Shown here: positions 28,104 through 35,499 of the stretch, one piece after another
How positions within the stretch are numbered: position 1 is the stretch's first letter
Layout of the letters: each line of letters starts with the position of its first letter
Assembly: GCA_035941045.1 (NCBI GenBank)
Contig: DASZEK010000198.1
Location: 660 to 64,659 of the forward strand
Length of the DNA: 64,000 nt
From: Pyrinomonadaceae bacterium
GTDB taxonomy: Bacteria > Acidobacteriota > Blastocatellia > Pyrinomonadales > Pyrinomonadaceae
Direction: 5' to 3'
Position numbers and translations under genes: made by a program
Notes under the pieces: model-generated
Seen by the model: the letters and a program-made list of their open reading frames with translations, nothing else
What the model was told of the DNA's origin: nothing
Database searches by the model: none

Positions 28104-30791
28104 TCACCTCACGACGGCGACGCGGTCGCCCGTCGTCTTCAAGAGCACCTTCCGCCCGTCGGCGGCCAGCACGTGAAGCTCGTCGGCATCAAGCTTGAAA
28201 GCGTCGTCGCCTTCGGCGAGCGCCTGCACTTCGACGACGAGCAGGACGCCCGCGCCCGAAAGCTCGCTCACGCCGGCCGCGGGCGTGAAGGAGACGAGGA
28301 CGAGGCCCTCGGGCGTCACGGAGGCGCGGCAGGAGGCGGAGGCGACGGGGAAGATGCCGCCGGGGTTGACGGAGATGACGGAGATGACGCGCGGGTCGAA
28401 GCGCAGCGTGGCGGCGACGAGCCCGAGCGGCGCGTCCGTCTTGAGAAGGAGTTTCAACTGCCGCTTGTCGCCGACGCGCATCGGCTGCGAATCGGAGACG
28501 AGGCGGAAGGAGGCGGCGCTGCGCGCGGAGTCGGCCGAGAGGAAGCTGCCCTTCCAAGGCCCGACGGCGGGCGCGGGGTTCGAGATTTGTCTCGCGGGCG
28601 CCGACGAAGCGGGCGCCTTGTAGACGGCTTCGCTCGTCGGCGGGACCTTCGGCGCCGCGGGCGGCGTGGCGGTCTGGCTCATCAACTCGCGCGGGGCGGG
28701 GACGAAGGTGGGCGCCTCGGCCTTGGCCGTCTCGTCTTCATAAGTCTCGACGACGGCGGGCTCGTTCGCGGGCGGCGCGGCCGACTTGTTGGCCGATGCG
28801 TTGACTGCCGCGGTCGGCTTGTTGGTGATGGCGGCGGACTCGGGCAGCTCGACGCGGGCGTTCCTCGGGAGGACGCGCGCGGCGGCAAACTGCTCTTCGC
28901 GGTAAGTCTCATTGAGCATGGCTTCCAGCGTCTCGCTCGTCGGCGTTTGCAGCGTGCCGGAGGGGCGCATCTGCTCGTCCTGCGGCGTGACCGAGGGCGC
29001 GCGCATGACGTGCGGCGTGACGGCGATGACGATGTCGGTGTTGGTGTTGCTGTTGCGCGGGGCCGTGAAGGCGCGGCCGAGAACGGGCAGGAGGCCGAGC
29101 AGCGGGAGCCCCTGACGGCCGCGCGACTGCGAGTTCTGCGCGACCGAGGCGATCATCATCGTCCGGCTGTTCTGGATGCGGGCCGTGCCCTCGATGTTGC
29201 GCTCGGTGAAGGTCGGCGTCAGCGCCGGGCCGCCGGCCGTCTGCATCACGTCGTTCGACTTGATGGACATCTTCACCTGCACGTCAAGGTTAGGGAAGAC
29301 CTGCGGCGTGAACTCAAGCGTCAGGCCCGTCTTCTCGTACTGGATGACGGGGTAGCCGTTGCCGCCGAAGAGCCCTTGAGTGACGCCCGGCTGCTTGTCG
29401 TCGCCGCCCGACGAGAGCGAGCCGTAGGGCGCGACCGACGCCGTCTGCACGGGGACGCGCTGCCCGATGTGGGCCGTGGACTTCTCGCCGTCAAAGGCGT
29501 GGACCTGAGTGGAGGCGACGAGGCGCGTGTTGTCCTTGCGTTGGAGCGCGGAGAGGGCCGTGGCCGGGATGACGAGCGCGGCGCCGAGCGCGGTCGGGGC
29601 GGCGACGGCGCCCACGCCCTGCGTCACCACGTCGCGGCTGCCGCCGAAGACCGACAGGCCCTTCGTGATGCCGCCGAGGTTCAGGAGCGAAGCCTCCCCG
29701 CCGAGCTGGTTGCCGAACTGCATGAGGTCGGCCCGCGACACCTCGTAGATGTTCACGTCCATCACGACCTCGGCGCGCTCCTTGTCGATGCTGCGGAGGA
29801 TGTCCCCGACGAGGCGGATGTTCTCGGGCGTGTCGCGGACGGTGATGGAGTTGGTTGACTTGTTGGCCGTGATGACGGGCTGGCGCCCGGCCTGCGGCGG
29901 GATGGAAGCCTGTATCAACTGCTTCGCCTCGTTCGGGTCAACGTTATAGAGGTAGAAGGTACGGAGGACGAGTTGTTGATACTGCGGGCGCTTGACCTGG
30001 TCGGCGACGAGGATGGTGCGCGGCGAAAGCTTCTGGTAAAAGAGCCCCTGCGTGAGAAAGATGTAGTCGAGCGCCTGCGCGGCCGTCACGTCCTGCAAAT
30101 CAACTTCGACGCTGCGGCGGGGGAAGTCGCGGTCGAAGACGACGTTGAGGCGAACCTGCCGGGCGAGGTACTTGATAAACTTTTCGAGGTCGCCGCTGAA
30201 AGTTATCTCGTGCAACTGCTCGACGCGCGGGGCCGGCGCCGCCGCGGGCGCGTCCACGCCGTCGCCCTTGCCCGCGGGGCCGCCGTAGACGGCAGGCGAG
30301 ACGCGCGCCGTCGGCCCCATCCTCGTCGGCTCGGGCCGCGCGGGGCCGCTCTTTTCGAGCTGGAGGCTGAGCGTGCGCTCCATCATCGAGGCGGCGAGCT
30401 GGTTCGAGGCGTCGTAGGCGTTGGCGCGGCGGAAGGCGTTATAGGCGCCGACGTAGTCGCCGCGCTCAAGCAGGGTCGCGCCCTGCTGCATGAATGCCTG
30501 CGAGGCGTTGAAGACGGCGCGGCGGTAGTGAAGCTGGTATTCGGCGTTGGAAGGCTCGGCCGCCAGCGCCAGCGCGAACTCTTCCGCTGCCTTTTCCCAT
30601 TGCTGCGCGGCCTCGTGTTCAACACCGCGCTTGTAGTTCTTCTGCCCCTTGCCGCTGAAGGCGGCCGCGGGGCCGGCGCAGAGCAGGAGGGCTAGGGTGA
30701 GGGAAAGCGTCCTTTGAACGGCCTGCCCGCCGCGGCGAGAAAACGTTGAGGCTGTTGAGTTTAGGTTGAGCATTGAGAATCGCCCTGGCAA
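28104..30791 (-). CDS. TPR - secretin (GspD/PilQ superfamily) fusion protein with C-terminal cohesin-like domain
   Basis: 895 aa. Signal peptide, then TPR-like region (YKRGVEHEAAQQWEKAAEEFALALAAEPSNAEYQLHY...). STN/secretin-N-like repeats (VTAAQALDYIFLTQGLFYQKLSPRTILVAD; ITVRDTPENIRLVGDILRSIDK). Secretin core ending LPLLGLLPVLGRAF...TDIVIAVTPHVM. The C-terminal ~130 aa resemble a cohesin/Ig-like domain (LGLVAATLRFDPRVISVISV...VLLVVEVQALAEGD). Confidence 0.8.
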   Translation of the reverse strand: MPGRFSMLNLNSTASTFSRRGGQAVQRTLSLTLALLLCAGPAAAFSGKGQKNYKRGVEHEAAQQWEKAAEEFALALAAEPSNAEYQLHYRRAVFNASQAFMQQGATLLERGDYVGAYNAFRRANAYDASNQLAASMMERTLSLQLEKSGPARPEPTRMGPTARVSPAVYGGPAGKGDGVDAPAAAPAPRVEQLHEITFSGDLEKFIKYLARQVRLNVVFDRDFPRRSVEVDLQDVTAAQALDYIFLTQGLFYQKLSPRTILVADQVKRPQYQQLVLRTFYLYNVDPNEAKQLIQASIPPQAGRQPVITANKSTNSITVRDTPENIRLVGDILRSIDKERAEVVMDVNIYEVSRADLMQFGNQLGGEASLLNLGGITKGLSVFGGSRDVVTQGVGAVAAPTALGAALVIPATALSALQRKDNTRLVASTQVHAFDGEKSTAHIGQRVPVQTASVAPYGSLSSGGDDKQPGVTQGLFGGNGYPVIQYEKTGLTLEFTPQVFPNLDVQVKMSIKSNDVMQTAGGPALTPTFTERNIEGTARIQNSRTMMIASVAQNSQSRGRQGLPLLGLLPVLGRAFTAPRNSNTNTDIVIAVTPHVMRAPSVTPQDEQMRPSGTLQTPTSETLEAMLNETYREEQFAAARVLPRNARVELPESAAITNKPTAAVNASANKSAAPPANEPAVVETYEDETAKAEAPTFVPAPRELMSQTATPPAAPKVPPTSEAVYKAPASSAPARQISNPAPAVGPWKGSFLSADSARSAASFRLVSDSQPMRVGDKRQLKLLLKTDAPLGLVAATLRFDPRVISVISVNPGGIFPVASASCRASVTPEGLVLVSFTPAAGVSELSGAGVLLVVEVQALAEGDDAFKLDADELHVLAADGRKVLLKTTGDRVAVVR

Positions 30792-30892
30792 GTTCCAGCT
30801 CCGTTTTCGGCGCGGGAAGTGAGTCGAGAAAATTGTCGTTCGGGTTGCGCGGCGGTCGTCCGGGCGTCTATCAGGAGATGATAGACAAAAAC

Positions 30893-30921
30893 ATTAAACA
30901 CTGATAAGTCAAGTTTGTCAA
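30893..30921 (-). promoter_or_regulatory. Putative sigma70-type promoter for the secretin / kinase operon
   Basis: On the minus strand: TTGACA - 17 nt - TTTAAT, in an AT-rich stretch ~100 nt upstream of the secretin ATG. Sequence match only. Confidence 0.3.
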
Positions 30922-30990
30922 CAAAATTGGAAGTTAATCAGGCAGTTCCAGAAAAACTCTTTCGGGGCGGGCGGGAGGGCTTGAGCGAAG

Positions 30991-31809
30991 ATGGCACTTG
31001 ACGAGGCGGTCGAGGCTTACAGGGACCGGACGTGGCGGCGCGAGCCGGAGTCGCGCGTCGAGACGGGGGCGGACGCGGAGAGGTTCGTCGAGGGGGTGGG
31101 CTTCTGCGCGGCGATGACGGACGTGAGGCGGCCGGGGCCTTCGCTTTACGTGGCGGTCTGCGGGCGCCGCGACGCGCACATGCCGCGCAACGTGCAGAAG
31201 GACCCGGAGAGCAGCCTGACGTGGGTCTTGAAGGACGAGTTGATGAACCGGGGCCGCGTCTACTACGCGAAGCTGGCGAAGAACCGGACGATGTTCGTCG
31301 CGCCGCGGCTCGTGCCTCACTTCAACGCGCTGTGGGGCATCCGGAAGCGCGAGGAGGCGAAAGTCTTGTCGGAGGAGGCGCGGGCGATTCTTAAAGTTTT
31401 GCGGCGCGAGTGGGAGATGGCGTCGGCGGACTTGCGAGAGGAGTCGAAGGTGGGCGACCGCGCGCGCTTCTCGCGGGGCTTGGACGAGTTGCAGCGGACG
31501 ATGAAGGTCATCCCGCAGCAGGTGCTTTACGAGCCCTGGTTTACGTACATCTGGACGCTCAGCGAGGGGCGGTTCGCTCAGGAGTTATCAATCAAAGTCC
31601 GGCGGGCGGACGCCTTGCGCGAGGTGGCGCGAACCTTTCTTGACGGGGCGGGAATAACAATAAGAGGCGAGTTGGCGCGCGTGACCGGGCTTTCGCGGCC
31701 CGACGCTGGGCTCGGCAACCGCGCGCTGGTTAAGGAAGGCTACGCCGAAAGAATCGGCGAGGGCGTCTACCGTCTGGCCGACTTCGAGGAGCGGTTGAAG
31801 CGACTTTAG
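30991..31809 (+). CDS. Hypothetical cytoplasmic protein (possibly winged-helix containing)
   Basis: 272 aa with coding-like third-position GC bias. No signal peptide. I see a faint resemblance to the YcaQ/AlkZ-type winged-helix family but cannot support it without a search. Confidence 0.55.
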   Translation: MALDEAVEAYRDRTWRREPESRVETGADAERFVEGVGFCAAMTDVRRPGPSLYVAVCGRRDAHMPRNVQKDPESSLTWVLKDELMNRGRVYYAKLAKNRTMFVAPRLVPHFNALWGIRKREEAKVLSEEARAILKVLRREWEMASADLREESKVGDRARFSRGLDELQRTMKVIPQQVLYEPWFTYIWTLSEGRFAQELSIKVRRADALREVARTFLDGAGITIRGELARVTGLSRPDAGLGNRALVKEGYAERIGEGVYRLADFEERLKRL

Positions 31810-32591
31810 CGAGTTTGAGGGGGAGGGAGTTCGCGGAGTTCTTTTTCGACCTCGTCGCGGACCTCGCGCTCCAAGCGGGCGCTCTCTAAGCCGAGCGGGA
31901 CGTGTTCGCTGACGGAGCCGAGGCGGCGCAGGGCCATCTCCGTCTCGGCCTCGCTGGCGTTGCGGCCGGCGATGGCTTCGATGGTCTGGAGCCGCGCCTC
32001 TATCTCGGAGGAGTGCTCGGACGCCTCGCGCTCGACGCGGGCCAGCCGCTCGCGGTCGGCCCTCAGGTCGCGCTCAAGCTCGGCGCGCTTCGACTGCGGG
32101 AGGGCCGACGCGCTCCGGATGCGACGCTCGACGGCCACCTTCTCGCGCCGCGCGCGGCCGAGGACGTGCGAGGCCGTGACGCGCGCCGCCAGCGTCTCGC
32201 GGTAGGCGTCCGCCAGCAGAGGGTTCCGCGCCTGCATGGCTTTCAGCGTGCGCCGCTTCTCGGCCGGAATCTCCGATTTAAACCAGTCGAGGTGTTCGGC
32301 CCTGACGCCTCCCTCGGCCAGACGGCGGCGCAAACCCTTCTCCCAGTATTTGCGGTAGAGGAAGACGAGGAGCGCGGCGAAGAGCCCGAAGAAGGAGCCG
32401 ACGGCGAGCGAGGTGAGGGCGAAGATCATGTACTCGCCCGCGCCCTCGGCGGCGGTGAAGTAGCGAAAGAGGAAGTAGACGAACAGCGGGAGCGCGCAGA
32501 GGAGGAAGGCGAGCGGCGGCCCGACGCGCAGCAGCGCCGCCGCCAACTTCTCACCGCCCGTCAGCTTGTCGCCTTTAACTTTCCCCGACAT
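31806..32591 (-). CDS. Hypothetical membrane protein with two TM helices and a coiled-coil C-terminal half
   Basis: 261 aa. TM helices [19 protein letters not shown] and [25 protein letters not shown], followed by an Arg/Glu-rich helical tail. The stop codon overlaps the convergent gene by 4 nt. Confidence 0.55.
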   Translation of the reverse strand: MSGKVKGDKLTGGEKLAAALLRVGPPLAFLLCALPLFVYFLFRYFTAAEGAGEYMIFALTSLAVGSFFGLFAALLVFLYRKYWEKGLRRRLAEGGVRAEHLDWFKSEIPAEKRRTLKAMQARNPLLADAYRETLAARVTASHVLGRARREKVAVERRIRSASALPQSKRAELERDLRADRERLARVEREASEHSSEIEARLQTIEAIAGRNASEAETEMALRRLGSVSEHVPLGLESARLEREVRDEVEKELRELPPPQTR

Positions 32592-32675
32592 GCACTTACA
32601 AAATTACGGCTATCGACTTCGACAAGCTATAATAGCAGAGCCACGGGGCAGGTACGGACTAGCCGAGGAGGGACG

Positions 32676-33641
32676 ATGACAAGGCTCTCGAAGATGCTGG
32701 CGGCGGCGCTCGTCGGGACGCTCCTCTGCACGCAGGGCGCGGCGCCCCTGGCGCAGAAGAGGAGCACGCCCGACGGCGCGGGCGAGCCGGCGCGGCGCCG
32801 CGACGTGCGCTCCGTGACCATCCCCGTCACGCTGCGTCTGCCGGAGAGGCCGGCGGACGAGGAGATACAGTACATCGAAGACTTGCAGGTCTTCGAGGAC
32901 GGCGAGCGGCAGGAGATTCTGGCGACGCGCGGGGCGCCGCGCTCGCCGATGACGCTCGCCGTGCTCATACAGGACGACCTCGTCCCCGGTTTCTCGAACG
33001 AGATTAAGGGCCTCGCGAACTTCGTGCGCCGTCTCCCTTCCGGGTCGCGCGTGATGGTGGCCTACCTGCGCGCGGGCTCGCTACAGGTGCGGCAGAAGTT
33101 CACGCCCGACCTCGAACGCGCGGCGCGGAGCTTGCGCATCCCCATCTCGTCGCCTTCGGCCGCGCCCTACAACCCCTTCGTGCTGACGCGTGACGCCGTC
33201 AAACGCTTCGAGTCGCAGCCCGTCGGGCGCCGCGCCGTCCTGCTCGTCAGCGACGGCATGGACCTCTCGCGCGGCTTCGAGAACTCGACGCCCGCGAACA
33301 GCGTTGACTTGCAGCGGGCGATAAACGAGGCGCAGCGCAAGGGCGTCGCCGTCTACTCCATCTACGCCCCGGCCGTCACGACCAACGCCAATAACCTCGC
33401 CACCATCGGCCAGGGCTCGCTCCTCCGCCTCTCGGACGAGACCGGCGGCCGCGCCTTCTTTCAGGGGACGGGCGCGCCCGTCAGCATTGACCGCTTCCTC
33501 ACGGACATCAACACGGCGCTCTCCAGACAGTTCGCCCTCACCTACCTCTCGACCCACCCCGACAAAGGCTTTCACCGCGTGCGCGTCGTCGCGGACCTCC
33601 CCGGAGGCGAAATCCGTCACCCGAACGGCTACACGCGCTGA
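32676..33641 (+). CDS. Secreted von Willebrand factor A (VWA) domain protein, Acidobacterial VWFA-related type
   Basis: Signal peptide MTRLSKMLAAALVGTLLCTQGAAPLAQ at ATG 32676. VWA-like core with LAVLIQDD ... VLLVSDGMD ... AVYSIY, matching my recollection of the TIGR03436-type family. The upstream 258 codons of ORF 31902 overlap the opposite-strand gene and were rejected. Confidence 0.7.
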   Translation: MTRLSKMLAAALVGTLLCTQGAAPLAQKRSTPDGAGEPARRRDVRSVTIPVTLRLPERPADEEIQYIEDLQVFEDGERQEILATRGAPRSPMTLAVLIQDDLVPGFSNEIKGLANFVRRLPSGSRVMVAYLRAGSLQVRQKFTPDLERAARSLRIPISSPSAAPYNPFVLTRDAVKRFESQPVGRRAVLLVSDGMDLSRGFENSTPANSVDLQRAINEAQRKGVAVYSIYAPAVTTNANNLATIGQGSLLRLSDETGGRAFFQGTGAPVSIDRFLTDINTALSRQFALTYLSTHPDKGFHRVRVVADLPGGEIRHPNGYTR

Positions 33642-33650
33642 CGCCGAAAA

Positions 33651-33714
33651 AAGACACGAAAAAGCCTCGGACGCCGGCTGCTGCTCGTCGGCGTCCGAGG
33701 CTTTTTCGTGTCTT
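33651..33714. terminator. Bidirectional hairpin terminator (26-bp perfect inverted repeat)
   Basis: Arms aagacacgaaaaagcctcggacgccg / cggcgtccgaggctttttcgtgtctt with a 12-nt loop, lying between two convergent genes. Confidence 0.7.
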
Positions 33715-33728
33715 GAGTGAGTGCGGCT

Positions 33729-34313
33729 TTAGCGCGCGCTGACGCCGGCCGTCGCCCAGAGGCCGGGCGAGGGGGCGAGCTGCGCGACCAGCTCGCGCAG
33801 GGCTTCGAGGTGGTTGTTCGTGAACTCCAGCTCGCTCGTGCCGACGCGCGCGACGACCTTGCGGGCGTGCGTGATGGAAGAAGCCTCGGCGTAGGAGAGC
33901 GTCAGCTTCGCCGCCTCGGCGCCGCCGGGGCCGTTCATGAAGTTGACCTTGCGCGTCTGCACGCAGGGCTGGCCGTCGCAGAGGATGGCGAGGCCGCCCC
34001 CGCTCATCTTCGTCAGCGGCGAGGCCGCGACGAGCACGAGGTCGAGCGTCGGGTTCGAGGGGCGGCGCGGGTCCTGGATAAGAAAGGTAGCCCCCATGTA
34101 GAAGAGTTCGGCGCCCTTGCCGAGCGCGCGCGGGTGCTGGAGCGTGACGCGCATGGCGTTGGCCCTGCGGTCGAGGCTCGTCGAGATTTGCGCGTCGTGC
34201 TTGTAGGGCGAGGGAGGCGGCTTAGGGCAGAGTAGCTTCTTCTGGGGGTAGGCCGCCTGCGCGAAGACGGCGAGAAGGAGGACTGCTAAAGACAGTCGGG
34301 AACGGTTGCTCAT
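33729..34313 (-). CDS. Hypothetical secreted protein
   Basis: 194 aa. Signal peptide MSNRSRLSLAVLLLAVFAQAAYP. Coding-like GC3. No family recognised. Confidence 0.6.
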   Translation of the reverse strand: MSNRSRLSLAVLLLAVFAQAAYPQKKLLCPKPPPSPYKHDAQISTSLDRRANAMRVTLQHPRALGKGAELFYMGATFLIQDPRRPSNPTLDLVLVAASPLTKMSGGGLAILCDGQPCVQTRKVNFMNGPGGAEAAKLTLSYAEASSITHARKVVARVGTSELEFTNNHLEALRELVAQLAPSPGLWATAGVSAR

Positions 34314-34480
34314 GGGGGTCCTTCTTGATTTTCGGGCTGAGAAGAGCGGAGAGAGAAATGAGGCCGCGCGGGGCGACGAGCTTGTTCGAGGGCGGCACAG
34401 CCGCCTTGATGCCCTTTAGGGGTTCGGGCCTCTGGGTCATTACTGTCGAGAGAGACTGAAAAGATGATGCGGGCAAGGCG

Positions 34481-34520
34481 CCCGCCGACGAGTTTGACCG
34501 CCCCGTCGGCGGGACTTTTT
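34481..34520 (+). terminator. Terminator-like hairpin with T-run on the plus strand, in a minus-strand intergenic region
   Basis: Stem cccgccgacg / cgtcggcggg (10 bp, 13-nt loop) followed by acTTTTT. Orientation fits a plus-strand transcript, although both flanking genes are on the minus strand. Confidence 0.4.
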
Positions 34521-34576
34521 CAGACTAGCACTAAACGAAAATACTTGTCTACACCCTTTATGTGACGGCCGCTTTT

Positions 34577-35266
34577 TCAGCCCGCGACCTCGGCGACGCC
34601 CGCCGCTTTGGCGTTCGAGGGGGGCGGCGGGGCGGCGGCGGCCGAAGCCTTTTCGGGCGCGGCCGGCTTCGCCTGTGGCGCCGGGGCGGCGGGGCGCGGC
34701 TTCGCCTGCGCGGGCTGCTCCTTCGAGGTCATGCGGCAGCCGCCTTCGAAGACGGCGCCCTCTTCGACGACGAGGGCGGGCGTCTGGATGTTGCCGCGGA
34801 CGCGGGCCGTGCGGCCGAACTCGATGCGCTCGGTGGCGACGATGTCGCCGTTGACGGTGCCGTTGATTTTGGCGGCGGCGACCGCGATGTTGGCCTCGAC
34901 GTGGCCCCCGGCGCTGACGATGAGCGTGCCCTTGTCGGAGGTGATGTTGCCGTTGAGGCGGCCGTCGATGCGGAGCATGCCCTTGAAGTTGGCCTCGCCG
35001 CTGAGGACGGTCGAGCCGCCGACGAAGCCGCTCATGATGCCTTCGCGGATGTCGCGCGCCAGCGCCTCGCTCTCGGTGACGGCGCGCGTGGCCGAAGGCG
35101 TGGGGCGTTCGGGCTCGGGCGTCGGCGGCGGAGTCGCCGTCTGCGGCTGCGCCTGCGGCGTCGGCTGCGGCGGCGCGGCGAAAGGCGGCTGGGGTTGGGG
35201 GTTCGGTTGTTGGAACTTGTCTCGCTCGTTCGCCTCGGGTCTCGGCGACTTACCCATTCTGAGCAT
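34577..35266 (-). CDS. Bactofilin (polymer-forming cytoskeletal protein) with Pro-rich N- and C-terminal tails
   Basis: Core beta-helix repeats LSGEANFKGMLRIDGRLNGNITSDKGTLIVSAGGHVEANIAVAAAKINGTVNGDIVATERIEFGRTARVRGNIQTPALVVEEGAVFEG. GGAGG lies 7 nt upstream of ATG 35266. Confidence 0.85.
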   Translation of the reverse strand: MLRMGKSPRPEANERDKFQQPNPQPQPPFAAPPQPTPQAQPQTATPPPTPEPERPTPSATRAVTESEALARDIREGIMSGFVGGSTVLSGEANFKGMLRIDGRLNGNITSDKGTLIVSAGGHVEANIAVAAAKINGTVNGDIVATERIEFGRTARVRGNIQTPALVVEEGAVFEGGCRMTSKEQPAQAKPRPAAPAPQAKPAAPEKASAAAAPPPPSNAKAAGVAEVAG

Positions 35267-35434
35267 AACTTGACCTCCGCCGGCCGCACGCCGGCTGATG
35301 TTCGGACGATTAAGAGAGCGTGTACCTTTTAGCGACAGTAAGGTGGGCAACGCTGTCGGGGAAGAGCGAGGCATGTTAACCCGTGACGGCCCGGTTTAAT
35401 CATTACGATGTAGTTGCATTTCAATTATGACTCC

Positions 35435-35471
35435 GCGCCTTCGCGTGAAATCAAGAATCACGCGAAGGCGC
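35435..35471 (-). terminator. Hairpin terminator downstream of the second TonB-dependent receptor
   Basis: 14-bp stem gcgccttcgcgtga / tcacgcgaaggcgc with a 9-nt loop, 29 nt beyond the stop codon. Confidence 0.5.
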
Positions 35472-35499
35472 AAAGTCGCAAAGAAGGGGTCGAGTTTGT

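Noticed and set aside
28071-29858. 595-aa plus-strand ORF opposite the TPR-secretin gene
   Set aside because: The antisense frame shares third-codon positions with the real gene. It has Gly/Arg/Asp-rich composition and no motifs.
31902-32675. 258-codon upstream extension of the VWA protein ORF
   Set aside because: It overlaps the minus-strand membrane protein gene (31806-32591). A clean signal peptide begins at ATG 32676.
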